Of a DNA stretch of 64,000 bases, positions 1 through 12,878 are shown in pieces. The stretch is from NCBI GenBank assembly GCA_001643675.2, contig LSRY02000039.1, positions 434,001 through 498,000 of the forward strand, read 5' to 3'. This stretch comes from Monocercomonoides exilis PA203. Its lineage: Eukaryota; Protista; Preaxostyla. The position numbers and the translations under genes are program-made. Under the pieces are notes generated by a model that was not told the origin of the DNA, did no database searches, and saw nothing but the letters and a program-made list of their open reading frames with translations. How positions within the stretch are numbered: position 1 is the stretch's first letter; each line of letters starts with the position of its first letter.

Positions 1-3000
1 CTATTTTGAAAAGAGAAGAAAGAAACTGCATTGTTCCTTTTGACAGCCAATAATGAATTCTGCGGATTATCAAAATTGGCGAGGCAAACACTGAAATAGA
101 AGGAGAAGATGACGAAGAAGATTCGGTTGAAGCATTCTCCAGAGCAGATTGAGTATTTTGAGTCGAAATACAATTCGGAAGGAGAGGTGTAAGCAAAGGC
201 AGAGGATGGAAAGGATGCATTTCTTCTTCTTGTTTCGAAAACAAACAATAAGCTCGAAGAGGATCCTTTTCATTGTTCACAACTTCATTTCCATTGTTTA
301 TCTTAGTTTGAGTCAAAGTTTCCTTTTCTGTCGATTGATCTGCTTTTTCTTCTTTTTCTTCTGTTTGTTTAGCATTTAGCGGTTCTGGCTTAATCTCTGT
401 GTTCTTTTGTGCCTCTTCAATTCTCTCAATCGAATTCTGCTCCTTCTTTTCTTCATCTTCCTTTCCATCTTTTGAAGTCTGTTTTTGATGTGCTTTTTCT
501 GTCTTTTCATTTCTTTTCTGCTTCTTTTTCTCTTTTTCAGCTGACTTTTTCGAATTTGACGACGAAGACGACAAAGAAGAAGAAGGCGGAGGAGGGAAGT
601 CCAATTCATTAACTGCATTTTCACTTGTCACTTCTGGGCATAGAATTCTTCCTTTGTTCAGGTCTTCTTCTATTTCTTCTCTCAGCCATTCTTCGTCTTC
701 TTTTGTTCTGTTTATAAGCTCTTGATCAACAGCATCTTCGTCACAATCCTCAACTTCTTTTGCTTTTGAAATGGATCCATCGATTTCTGCTCTCAAAGTG
801 TGCAATTGATAATACAACCCTTTCCCTTTTGCTTGCATCCTTCTTTCCTCTTCTTCTTCTTCTCTTGTCAGCATCGCAATCAGGCAGCAGATGAAAGGCA
901 GTTCCCACAGCGAAAAGAGAGATTGGCTGCTTAAAAGAGAAAGACACCGCAGCTGCAGAGAAACAGCTGTGTAAAGAAGACGGTGGCGAAGAGGTCGAAG
1001 CAGAGAGAGAGGAGGAAGCATGAAATGAGAGGAAGAGGAAGAGGAACAGGAGGAAGAAGGAGAAGAAGATGTTGCTGTTAATGATGATGGTTCAGTTGAA
1101 GATGAAGCATGTGTGCTTTCATCATCTTGCGATGCCAAAAAGTTCATAAAGGATGGAATTATCTGCTCCATCTCTTCCTCTTTTGAATGATCGTTTTTAT
1201 TTTCCTTTCTTTTCGCCTTCTTCTTCCCTCCTTTCTGACTTCCCTTTCCGCTCTCCTTCCCACTTTCACCCGCCTTCGAAGAAGCAGCATACAGCATTGG
1301 CAGCTCCTTCATTCTTCTCTCCTTCTCTTCTTTCTCTCTCCTCTCAATCTCCTCTTCCACCATCGTCAGACCTTTCCCTATCACCCTCAGCACTTGCTTC
1401 GTTCTCCTTCTGAACTCTGTCTTTTGATAGAGCAAAGTGCAAACATCGCCTGCTGTCAGCTCCTGCGAAGAAAGCAGCACTTTCAGCACAGTCTGATCGA
1501 GAAACTGAGACTGGAGGAGTGGCTTTTCAGAAGGGATGATGAAGGTTGAGAGAAGCTCGGGGGTAAATGGTGATGATGTGAAAGGCAATTTGATGGAAAG
1601 TGCTGAGGAAGAAGAGGAAGAGGACGATGATGATGATGAAAGATTTGAACTGTTTTGCGCTTTCTTTTTGGGGTTCTTGGGTTTTGCAGCATTTTGCTGT
1701 GTTTTCTCGGAATCTGCCAGAATTTCTGGCTCAACAACATTCTGAGCATCATTTTCTTCCTTTCTTTTCCCTTCTTCTTCCTCTTCCTTCTTTTTCCTCT
1801 TCTCTTCTTCCATCTCCTCTGCTCCCTTCATCGCCCTCCTCACCCACTCTCTCCTCTTCCCCCACATCCTCCTCACGAGCACTTTCGCCATTGTGTTCAT
1901 TGCCATAGCCGTTTCTGCTTCGACCAGCTGCGACAGCACTTTGCCCATGGCTTCCGTGAGCTTGATGAGCGTGTCTGCTTCTGGGTTCATTCCGTACTGG
2001 TTCCTGAGGAGCGTCTTCATCACATTCGACGAGCGGACAAGGCCTCCGCAGGTGAGAGACAGGACAGTGCGGGGCAGAATTGTGAGGCAGTTGGAGGCGT
2101 TCATCTGAGGCGTGGGGCACCAGAAGGAGGAGAGCCACTCGCGGGGGAGAGTGGATGGCGGCTGGGGAACGAATACGGTTGAAGAAGAGGAGGAAGAGGA
2201 AGGAGAGGAAGGAGATGATGAAGAGGATGAGGAAGAAGAAGACGATGATGATGGTTGTGATGTGCAAGTTGTTGATGAACTAGTTTCTGATGATGAAGCA
2301 GAAGAGGCAGAAGTTTCTGAGGAATGAATGAATTGATTGATGTTTTGTGGGTCAAAAGATGATTTTCGAAGAGTGTGTTTACTCAGAAGAGACGCAAAAG
2401 GCTCTCTTATTTCATTTAATGAATCTTCAAGCGCACCGACAGTAAGCCGTGATGAGGTTTCTCCTTCTTTTTCTTTTTCTCCTTCTTTTTCTTTTTCTCC
2501 TTCTTTTTCTTTTTCTTTTTCTCCTTTTTCTCCCTTGGCTTTGTCTGCTGCCTCTGTTTCAATGAATTTCTCGTCTTCTGTGTGATATGCCCTTTCGAAG
2601 ACGGATGGGCGTAAGAATGTGGTTGTGTCCCAGGAGTAAATGGCAAGCATCCAAGAAATAGCAGAAGTTGGCAGAGGAGTTTGATGGAAATGGAAATGAG
2701 AAGAAGAAGAAGATTGTGATGATAAAGAAGAAGAGGAGGAGGAGGAAGAAGAAGAAGAAGAAGAAGAAAATGAAGAAGAAGAATTCAATGACGAGAAATA
2801 CTGATCTGGTGAAACAAGCCATTGAATGGGAATCTTTTCGATAAGAGGATCGATCCGCTCAGAAAGTATTGGCGCTGCTTTAGCCAACGCTTCTGCCTCT
2901 TTCACTTCTGAATTATCTTCTTTTAGCTTCTCTTGTTTGCCTTTTTTACCTTTCCCACTTTTGTTCTCTTTGGCTTTCTCTTTCTCTTTCTCCTTCTCCT

Positions 3001-5557
3001 TCTCCTTCTCCTTCTCTTTGTTCTCAAATCCTTCGTTTTTAACTTCGATATTTCCGATCTTCAATATCTCCGCCATCTCCTTTTCTTTGCTCCTTTCGTC
3101 TTTTTCCTCCCACATCCTCAATTTCTCCATCAAAACCGCAGGCATAACAGCATTCTCTGGGTCTCTCACAACTCTACACTGATACACACCTTCTGAAATC
3201 CTTTTCGCAACCTCACAAATGTTCTCAAACTTCACCAGAAACGAGAAAAACGCATAGAACATGTCGTGTTTCTTCGGCCAGAACATCGCAGAGGGAGGGC
3301 TGATGAGGTTTCGGACAATGCCATCTGCAAAGGAAGGGAGTGTGGTGAAGCGAGAAAGTGTGATAATTGTGTTGGTGACGTAAGAAGGAGGATCAGAGGG
3401 ATCAGAAGGGGAGGAGGAAGGAGGGTGAGGAGGGGGAAGGGGAGGAGAGAGGGATAAGGAGGAGTCGAAGAGAGAATTGGAGGAAAGAGAGAGAGAAGAA
3501 GAAGAAGATGATGATGATGATGACTTTTGACTGGAATCTGTGTTGTGTTTGCCTTCGTTCTTTTTGGATTTCTTTTTGTGCTTTGACGATTGAGATTTCT
3601 GATTATCGTTATTCTTTTCTGCTTCTGCTTCTTTCGATGAAGCATCAGAAGAAGAAGAAGAAGAAGAAGTCGAAAGGGAAGAAGAAGAATCTTGCAGTGC
3701 ATCTTCTGCTTTGTCTTCTTTAATCACACTTTCTCCTTTTTCTTTTTCTTTTTCTTTTTCTTCTTTCCTCTTCCATATTTTCACATCGCATATGCTTTCT
3801 CCATCAAACTCCCGTTCTTTCTTGTCCCACCACTGGATGATCTCCATCAGAAGCTTCTGACATTGCAGCAGCATCGCCCTCGCTGCCTCAAGCGCTTCCA
3901 CACGCTGTTTGCAGGAAGACGGCTGGGAGATTGGCAGAAGCTCGGAAGAATCCAAAGAGGAAGAAGAAGAGGAAGAAGAGGAAGAAGAAGAGCTTAATTC
4001 TTCTTTATCTGCTTCTTTATCTTCCATTTTTTTCTCTTTCATATCAACTTTTTCTTCAATTTTTTGCGCATTTTCTTTATCTTCTGCTTTTTCCTTGGCA
4101 AATCGTATAACCTCTGCCTGCTTCGTCTTCCCTGCGTTGATGCGTTCATTCACAGGAGATTTTCTGTATGCTTTGAGCATCCTTTCAAGTGGGTCCATCG
4201 CTCCTTTAGGCTCCTTCTTCTCTTTCTTCTCTTTCTTCTCTCTCCTTCTCCCAATCACAAGATCCTCCAACTTGCTTAAAAGTGTCTGTGATTCTGTTTT
4301 ATTTGTCTTCGAATGGTTTGTTTTGTTGATATTTTCGTCATTATTATCTTCTTCTTCTTCTTCTTCTTCCTCTTCATTCTCCTCTGCCACAATAGAAGGA
4401 ATCGATGCCAATTTTGACATGGATGTCAAAAATTGCTTGTGAAAGCGCAGTCTGTTGTGTATTGCAACTACAAATGGCAGGTCAGATGACTGCAGCGGCG
4501 TAACCAAAGAAGACGCAAAGCCGCCTGCTGAGAGAAAAGAAGGTGCGGGTTTTGGCTGCTCTTCGCTTTTAGCTGAGGAATTGGAAGGCTTTGTGGAGGA
4601 AACAAATGGAGGACAGCGGATAAAGCAGTGTGAATGCGTGGATTGGTCAAAATGCTGCTGGTTTGGCTCCTTTGGGATGCTGTGATTGGCAATGTTTCGA
4701 TGGTTTTCAGTCATGTTCTCTAAGACATGTTGATTCGTCGTGCCTTTTGTCGTTTTTTCCGTTGGTGCCGATTCACTCTCCGCTGCTTTTTTCTTTTTGA
4801 TCTCCTGCATTGCACATAACACCCACAATTCTGATTGCTTCCATTGATCATCCATCACATAATATGCTGGAGGATTTCTTGTCTTCATTTCCGGAGATTG
4901 AGATAAATAATATGGCAATAAAGGTGATTTTGAGTTTTGAACAACCAAGGGCGCCTGAGCATTTGTTGACGTGGAAATTTCATCGTCCTAAATATTAAAA
5001 TTAATTTTTTAAACCGCATGGTAATTACACGGGAATAAAGAATTCATTTAAAAATGCTTTAAAAGTGAGTAATGACATACTGCTGCTATCTGTCCTGCGA
5101 GTATAGCATCTTTTACGATTGTGATAAGACTTAAAATTGATACGCAAAAGCACTGAAGCGGTGGAGGAGCAAGATCAGGTCTTTGAACATAAACATTTTG
5201 AAATAATGTCTGCGTAATATTTTCCCCTGATAGCCACATAAATTCTAGCATTAACAAATGATCCATAATTCCAACCATTTCTCCCAGTGACAGAAACTGA
5301 CGGAGTAATCCAGCCTCAAAAAATTGATCAATTGAATGTGGTTCTCCAATAATCATTCCTGAATCCATTTGCGGTAACATCAAATTTGGAGATGACATGC
5401 TCTCTTCTACAGTGTAATCTTCTTCTTTAATAAGCTCTCCTCGCTTTAGTTCTGTCAAAAAACGAAAAAGCCTATATTGTTTTCAAATAGAATTAAAAGC
5501 GAAACCTTTGCACTTATCAGATATCCATTTTGTTATATCTATAAATTTTGCAGACAT
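1..5557 (-). CDS. NAA35: NatC auxiliary subunit NAA35/Mak10 homolog, greatly expanded by low-complexity inserts; 3' end beyond the window. Exons 5557-5506, 5451-5081, 4987-<1
   Basis: Spliced N-terminus reads MSAKFIDITKWISDKCKELKRGELIKEEDYTVEESMSSPNLMLPQMDSGM...GEMVGIMDHLLMLEFMWLSGENITQTLFQNVYV, matching the Mak10 N-terminal motif (DIT..F...L..GEL...AMSA...DPKMD.GM; W..G.S..QT). GT-AG introns 5505-5452 and 5080-4988 keep the frame. The exon-3 frame was open wherever I spot-checked it; it is probably absent from the ORF track because it has no stop inside the window. Confidence 0.85.
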
Positions 5558-6009
5558 ATTTTAAGTGTTGATTCTCTATAATTCAGAAAATCTGCGATTC
5601 TATTTTGGTTAGAATACAGAATATATTATGGGATTAAGAAAATGGATAAAAGTTTGAATGAATGAAATACATCTATTGAACATTTTCCTTCCATTCAACA
5701 AAAACAAAAAAAATTCAAAAATATTTTTATTGCTACTATGAATCTCTGTTTCTCAGAGAGAAGCAGAGTTTAAATATTTTCAGTTTTTTATTCCTTCACA
5801 AAAATACACAATAATGATATCATTGTACATCAGAAAGTAGTAGTTATTCTCTTTGTTGATGATAGAAGGTGATCTGATAAATTTACAAGCAAATGATAAA
5901 ATTCACATCTGATCATTGCGCATTGAAATAAATATTCAAACATTGTTAGCAAAATCTTTATTAAAGATATCCAAAGCAGCATTGGACAAAACAAACACAT
6001 TTGCAACAG

Positions 6010-6320
6010 TAGAAAGAAAGAGAGAAAGAGAGAGAGAAAGAGAGAAAGAGAGAAAGAGAGAAAGAGAGAGAGAAAGAGAAATCACAAATGAAAAAATAAT
6101 GTTTTTATTTTTTTAAAGAAAAACAGACAAACAAAAAGTAGAGAGGATGAAAGGATGATGAAAAGAGAAAGGGAGAGATAGACAGATAGATAATTAGATT
6201 AATAGAATGAAAAGAAGAAAGAAGAGAAAAAAGATGAAGAAGATGAAGAAGAAGAGAAAGAAGATGAAGAAGAAGAGAAAGAAGATGAAGAAGAATAAAG
6301 AAAGAAAGAAAGAAAGAAGA
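6010..6320. repeat. GA/GAA-rich microsatellite and short tandem repeats (AGAGAA, GAAGATGAAGAA)
   Basis: Purine-only low-complexity tract directly visible between the two minus-strand genes. Confidence 0.8.
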
Positions 6321-6440
6321 GAAGTTGTAACAGTCTGATTTATTGATTGGAAATTTTCATTTTAATAAAAAAAAAAAAGAATTAGGAAAAAAATAAAATA
6401 AAATAAGAAGAAAGAAAAGGCAAAGGATAACAAAATTGTC

Positions 6441-6510
6441 TTAAAGTCTGCAAAATTCTGTCTCATACAGGGACATCAGAGAAGAGGAAGGAGAAGAAGA
6501 AGAAGAAGAA

Positions 6511-6555
<45 letters not shown>

Positions 6556-9073
6556 GGAGCAGAAGAAGAGAAATATTTCTTCGAAGAAGAAGAAGAAGAA
6601 GAAGAAGAAGAAGAAGAAGCAGTAGGAGTCACAGATCTCGGTGTGTATTCAGTAAACTCCACAAACTCCTTCTCCTTCAACGGCTGTGTCCCTCTTCTGA
6701 CTCCTTTTTTATTCAAATTCATCTTCGTCTTCATCTCGCTCACAATCTTATTCGCTGCCAGCTCCAATCTCCACTCTTTCTCCAGCAGCAGCTTCTCTCT
6801 CTCGTCGTTCAGCGTCTTCATCCCTTTCAGCAGCTTTACTTGAAGCGTCTCATCAAACTCTTTCTCATTCCGAATCCTGTCCAGCACTTTCTCCAACGCC
6901 GTCTGCACTGCTTTCCTCCTCTGCGCCGTCCTCTTCTGCTGCTTCTGCTTCTTGTTCAGCTGCTGCCTCCACTCTTGCACACGCTCAAATAGCAGCTCAG
7001 AATATCCTCTCCCTCTCCTCCATTTTCCTCCTTTCTCTTCTTCCTCCTCCTCTTCATCTTCCTCATCTTCTTCTGCCTCTCTTGCCACCCTCGCCTCCTC
7101 CTCCTCCTTCGCCAGCTCTGCCTCTTCATCGTCCAGCACACCAATCTCCCCAACTTCAGCCATCCACAAGTTCCTCTGCTCGTCCTGCACTCGTCTCCTG
7201 TTCGCCTCCCGCTGCCTCTCTCTCCTCTCCAGCTTCAGCAGCAGCCGCTGGTAGTTGTGCATCTCCTCAATGTCCTCGTCCAATTGCCCATCAATCTCCT
7301 CCAGCGTCATCATCCGCGGCGGCATCTCCCGGTTCACCAGAATCGTCATCTTCTTCTCCTCCGCAGTGAAGTCCTCGCTCGCAGGCAGCTGCAGGATGTC
7401 CTCCATCGCACGCGGCTCGTTCAGGAACTCATACACAGAGTCAAGAGAGGTGGCTGGAGAGAGGGGAGGTTGGGGTGAAGAGGAGGAGGAGGAGGAGGAA
7501 AATGATGATGAAACAGCAGGTGCACGTTCATTGAATGTGCGCTGTCTGATAGCGTTGAGGCGTATTTCATCCTCATTCTCTTCTTCTTCTTCTTCTTCTT
7601 CTTCTTCTCTCTCAGCGCTCACTTCATCTGCATCGTCAGCATAATCCTCTGCTCGGTAGATGGCAGGATAGTCGATGAACTGCCCTGCCTCGTCTGTCGG
7701 ATATTCGTATTCTTGCTCGTCTTGCTCTTCATCCACGTCCTCTTCATTATAATTGTCTTCTTCTTCCTCTTCCTCTTCTGACTCTTCTTCTGTCCCTTTT
7801 GCTCCTTTGTTGCTTCTGCTACTGCTTCTGACATATTCTGCTTTGTTTAATGCTGCCCTCTCCTTTCTCGCTGAACTGCTGCTGCTGCTTCTCTTTTTCT
7901 GAGATTTGCCGTATTTCACTATTCTCTCTTTCTCTCTTTCTCTCTCTTTCTCCCTCCTTCCTTTTTCCTCTTCTTCTTCCTCGTTCTTCCTCTTTTCTCT
8001 CTTCAGAAGGTCTCTTCGCAGCTCCACTTGGCTTTCCAGCGTCTTCACCGTCGTCTCCATCTGCTGCATGTCCCGCATCGCCCGCCGCACTGCCCCAGCC
8101 ATCCCACTCACAATCTCTGAATCGGATTCTCCTTCCTCTCCTTCCTCTCCTCTTTCTCCTCTTTCTTCTTCTGATTCATCTGAAGAGCTGTCGTTGCTTG
8201 CATCTTCAGCACCACTTTCTCCTTCTTTCAAATGCTGCTCTTGTTTTGAAGCAGCAGTGCCTTCTTTTGCTTCGGCTTTCTTCTCTGCTGCGTTCAATTG
8301 CTCAATCAGCAATCCCAGCGTTGAGTCCCTCTTCACTCGAATCTGCATCAAAATCTCATTTTCTCCCAAAACAGATTCGATTAATTCGGTCATTTCCTTC
8401 AAACGCTCTCTCAAATACTGAACATTCTGCATTTTAACACTGATTGGCTCGTTATTGGATTCCACCTGTTGAATCCTATCGGGGCCAACCAAATATTGAA
8501 GACCAACTGTCCACGTCAAAAAATCACTGTTTTTCAAAATCAACAAATTTCAAATTGAAAATATCTTTTAAAAGGCATACGAATATGTTGGGAAATATAT
8601 TTCAAGTGGTTTTCCTTTGTGTTGAATGAGAATTGAATGAGATAAAGGAGAAAGGGATGCAATTTGATTCTCTTCATCCTCGCTTTTTGCAGGCTTTAAA
8701 AAGTTGAAAATGGTTTGAATTTCCAAAAATCATAATAGAAATATAATATGAAATAGACAATGGGATCATAAGCACACCGTAACATCAGTGCTAACAAATA
8801 TTGAATTTATTTGTGAAATTAGAACAACGTTTTCAGTTTCTATTGAAAACTGATCCTTTTTCGGATTTAGCCAATAGAGGTATTTTCTATCTCTATCAAG
8901 AACAACCCATCTCAAATGAAGTCCGTTTAATTCTTGCTTTAAAAGCAATGATCCTATAATAGAAAAGGTATATTTCATAAATATAGTGGATCAAATAAAT
9001 ATATACCCTTTTGCATCATTGAAATACAATTTGTAATTTCATCTTGCGTTGTAACCCTCATTTTTATTGCCAT
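6441..9073 (-). CDS. PH-domain protein with long acidic coiled-coil C-terminal region (~813 aa). Exons 9073-9007, 8953-8778, 8693-8581, 8526-6441
   Basis: Three short GT-AG introns join in frame to give MMQKGSLLLKQELNGLHLRWVVLDRDRKYLYW...VLISQINSIFV...SILIQHKGKPLEIYFPTYSDFLTWTVGLQYLV, a PH fold pattern with the terminal W..GL helix (PLC/Num1-Mcp5-like). An E/K/R-rich helical region and poly-Ser follow. Confidence 0.75.
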
Positions 9074-9403
9074 TTAAAAAGTTAATTTTTTTTGTAAAAA
9101 TTCTTGAAATGAACAGTTCGATTAAGGGTTCGTTATAAAAAAATAATTTCTTATGTTTCATCCACGGAGACTTGACAAGATTAAATCAATAGCGATGCAA
9201 TCAACTTTGCAATATTTTCTTGTTTTGATTTCAAAAAAATAAATTTTAATGTTTTTTTTTTTTTTTGAAAACCCCGAATTCACAAAAAAAAAAAGTTGGA
9301 ATATATTTATTATAAGAAAAGTGGTATTTCAAAAATAACTTAAAAAAATCTGAATAAAATCATAACAGTTTAGGGTCACGGAGATCATATTCGCTGATTT
9401 CGA

Positions 9404-10609
9404 ATGACTTTCATTCAATTTTTGGTTTTATTAGCGTTAATTCCGATAATATTTTACGTGTACAGAATTGCAAAGTATTCCGGAAAAATTAAACCAGTGA
9501 ATAAAAGTTCTCGAGCCTTGTCATTTTTGAATGGAAAGGAATCTTCTTTATTTTATGTCGCAAACTTGAAATACGGCATGGATCCGTATATAAACACGAA
9601 TGCTGCGTTTACGTGCAATAAATTTAATTATAAACCACGAAGAGAAATGCTTAAAGGTGCAGACGGAGGAGAATTTGGAGTTGATTGGTTTGATTTACCT
9701 CAGCAGGAAAAGCTTTCTGATAAAGCCCCTATCGTTATATTTGTTCATGGAATTAATGGAGGAAGTCATGAAAGATATCTTTCAAAATGTGCTCGTCGAT
9801 GTGCAAATTGCGGTTGGCGCACTGCTTGCGTGATATGCAGAGGATGCTGCGGAACGACGCTTACAACGCTTAAAACTTACAATGGCGGAAACACAGAGGA
9901 TATTCATATTGCATGCAGAGAAATCAGCAAAAGATATCCGCAAGCCCCAATTACGATTGTTGGATATTCTCTTGGAGGAAATATGGTGGCAAAATATCTT
10001 GGGGAACAAAAAAGTAAAAATGTTCCATATTGCAGGTATCAGCATATTATCGATCATGAATCCGTCCCAAAGAATGTGATTTGCGGAATTGTTGTTGGAA
10101 ATCCATTTGATCTTAAAGGTACAAATGAAGGAATATCCATAAAGGAGCAATTAACATATGGTGCAGGACTTTGGAAGCACGCAATGAAACATGAAGAATC
10201 GTTGAAGAGTGTCAAAGGTTTTACAGAGTACAAAGCAGCAAAGAAGCATTTTGTGAGAGATTTTGACAAAATATTTACTTGCCAGTTTTATGGATATGAC
10301 AATCCTGAGCAATTCTACGAAGATGCTTCATCAAAGAAATATCTTGATGGCGTGAGTGTTCCACTTTTGTGTATTTCATATAGAAATGATCCTGTTTCCA
10401 TCTTCAAATGTTTCCCTGAAATGGAGCTTTCAAAGAATCCGAACATTGGAGCGCTTGTCTTTCCCGGAGGAGGGCATTTGGGTGGTTTTGCAACAACGTC
10501 TTCGAAAAAAGCAGTGGACGAGGATTTGGTGGTGAAAATGATTAAATTTGAAAGTGAAAAGTGGGTGAAAGAAAGAAAATTGGGGAATGATGATAATAAA
10601 GACGAATAG
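9404..10609 (+). CDS. Alpha/beta hydrolase, ABHD1/2/3 (EHT1/YheT) family esterase/lipase
   Basis: N-terminal hydrophobic anchor, REML...DGG...DW, HGINGGSHE, RGC, nucleophile elbow GYSLGG, acid NDPV and GGHLGG His motif; intronless 401-aa ORF. Confidence 0.9.
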   Translation: MTFIQFLVLLALIPIIFYVYRIAKYSGKIKPVNKSSRALSFLNGKESSLFYVANLKYGMDPYINTNAAFTCNKFNYKPRREMLKGADGGEFGVDWFDLPQQEKLSDKAPIVIFVHGINGGSHERYLSKCARRCANCGWRTACVICRGCCGTTLTTLKTYNGGNTEDIHIACREISKRYPQAPITIVGYSLGGNMVAKYLGEQKSKNVPYCRYQHIIDHESVPKNVICGIVVGNPFDLKGTNEGISIKEQLTYGAGLWKHAMKHEESLKSVKGFTEYKAAKKHFVRDFDKIFTCQFYGYDNPEQFYEDASSKKYLDGVSVPLLCISYRNDPVSIFKCFPEMELSKNPNIGALVFPGGGHLGGFATTSSKKAVDEDLVVKMIKFESEKWVKERKLGNDDNKDE

Positions 10610-11049
10610 TTTTTGATAGTTTGGAAAATTCTTTCAAATGATTTTTTATGAAATAATAATTCTAATTGTCTTCGTTTTGTATTCATATTATCAATCACGA
10701 AATTGTTGTGATTGATTCGCTCTTCTTTGAACAGTATTATTGAATGGCATTCGAACAATTTTTAATTTTATTATATGTATTACAAATTTCATTTCATGTA
10801 ATGATCATTTTCATTTTAATACTTTCAAGATGAAATCATTCAAATAATCTGTTTATTGAAAATTGGTTTTTTAAGTATTGACATTGACTGTGTGAATATT
10901 CGTTAATATTCTATTTTATTTAAAGTTAAACGAATAATACTAGTTTTAAAAATACATTAGGTGATATTTGAATAAAATTCTTCCATTCAAATAAACCCAT
11001 TTAATTTAAATAAAGCTTGTTTATTCATATAAAAATTAAAATCCATTCA

Positions 11050-11084
<35 letters not shown>

Positions 11085-11113
11085 AGGAAAGAACCCATCT
11101 GTCTCAATTATCT

Positions 11114-11296
11114 AGGACGAGATTTTTCGCTTTTAGAATTTTGTTCCATTCTGAATTTTCGAACAAATTTCTTATTTAATCTTATATTTTTTTTTTAACA
11201 TTTTTTCATGAGAATGTTTGATTTGTTATGATATGAAAACAAATAAAGTTTGGAAAAAATCGTTATTTTTTTCATGAAAAGCAAGAATTTTGTCCC
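11114..11296. mobile_element. Degenerate MITE-like element (ends (A)GGACGAGATTTT...AATTTTGTCCC)
   Basis: Ends resemble the GGGACGAAATTTT terminus of the MITE at 42941-43209; the right end is followed by ATAT. Confidence 0.4.
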
Positions 11297-11531
11297 ATAT
11301 TGGAAAAAAGAATAATCAAACCTATTTGTTGTGAGAAAGCATGCATTGTGGAAATTTTTCTTTAGATATACTGCAACAAATGAACATTCAAGCTTTATAT
11401 TTTTTTTTACTCAGATATTTAACATGGCTGATCCTTATTGAAATCATTCTTTCGTTCGAGTTTTGATCAAAATTTTTTTCTCAATGGGATTTTGAATACG
11501 ATTTATTTTCTTTGAAATATCGTTATAAGAT

Positions 11532-11787
11532 GGGTGATTATTTTTGAAATCATATTTTTTTCATACAAAATATTCGGTGCTTAAATATTTCTTGAATATC
11601 AATAAAAATAAAATAATAAGTGAAAAAACTTATTGAATGCATTTTAATTTTTGATTCGGAAAAACCATTTATTTTGAAAAGCAATTATCATGCTTTTTCT
11701 CTTTAAAATAAAAATTTCATTCAAAAAACTAAATATCTTTGATAATTAACACCCCGAAAAAGTTTATGATTTCAAAAATTATCACCC
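11532..11787. mobile_element. MITE family A (256 bp; TIR GGGTGATTATTTTTGAAATCATA)
   Basis: Inverted termini GGGTGATTATTTTTGAAATCATA / TATGATTTCAAAAATTATCACCC; flanks AGAT/ATAT; related copies at 38222, 62286, 63078 and 63568. Confidence 0.85.
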
Positions 11788-12470
11788 ATATAAATATTTT
11801 GATTTATTCGATAATTAAACATTTGCGACTTTTCAAAATGAATTACACATTTTTACCTTTTTTTTTAAATCAAAGATTGCAATGTCACAGATAACGCAAT
11901 TCAACCTTTTCTTTCTCCATCTATCGCACAAACATCGCACGTGAACACATTCATCAATTTTTGCGATAACCCGATCACAACCAGGCTTGGTTTCAATAAT
12001 AAGGATTTTCGAAAACGATATTTTAACAAAGATTGCAACTTCAAAACTTAACCACTTTATTAGACCAACGAACACATGTTGTTCGATTGTTTGTGATATC
12101 CTTGATCAAAAAAAGAAAAATGATGAGAAAAGACTCATTTCTCTTTCATTTATATATCATCAGAAATAATTATTAATGCAAAGCTCTTTTTGTTGAGTAA
12201 TAGAAACAAAATTATCAACTACTTTCTTTATCTTTCCGGAAACTCTCTTCTTTTCGAAATAATGAAATTCTGGGCCTTTATCTTCAAGATTTTTTACTAA
12301 ATACAAATAAAACGATGTTTGCTCTTTGATAAATGACAGACTTCAGGTACAACTCATTATTATTATAATAACAATATATATTTTTGATCATATACAAATT
12401 TTCAATAAACTTGACAAGGAAGAATACTTTTTTATCGCAACGAAAACGAAAATGAGAAATAGTCTTTTCT

Positions 12471-12474
<4 letters not shown>

Positions 12475-12540
<66 letters not shown>
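12475..12540 (+). repeat. Poly-A homopolymer (~66 nt)
   Basis: Direct observation; similar tracts at ~11052-11083 and ~37351-37392, the latter followed by (AG)n. Confidence 0.9.
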
Positions 12541-12543
<3 letters not shown>

Positions 12544-12878
12544 AAATAATTTTCAATCACAAATAAACACATTTTCAAACACATCCGATACAAATAATTC
12601 ATCATTTGAGACGTTGGATCTCACTCATGAATAATGTGACAGAATCCATTGAAGAGATCAATAATTTAATGAAAGAAAAAGAAACTCTGGGAGAATAGGA
12701 AGAACATTGAGCCAAGTCAATAAGATAGTTCCAAAAGTCGGATATGATGACATATATTTGTTTTTCTTCTAAAAATGGAATAGTCACAACTTAAGAATTC
12801 TTTCTTTCATTCATTTTAATGTTTTGCTTAATAAAAAGAAGAATTAATTCTTTCAAAATAAATCTTCAAGTCTGTTTT

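Noticed and set aside
70-8440. Dozens of short Ser/Phe/Leu- or Arg-rich ORFs
   Set aside because: They are antisense or off-frame shadows of low-complexity NAA35 and PH-gene exons.
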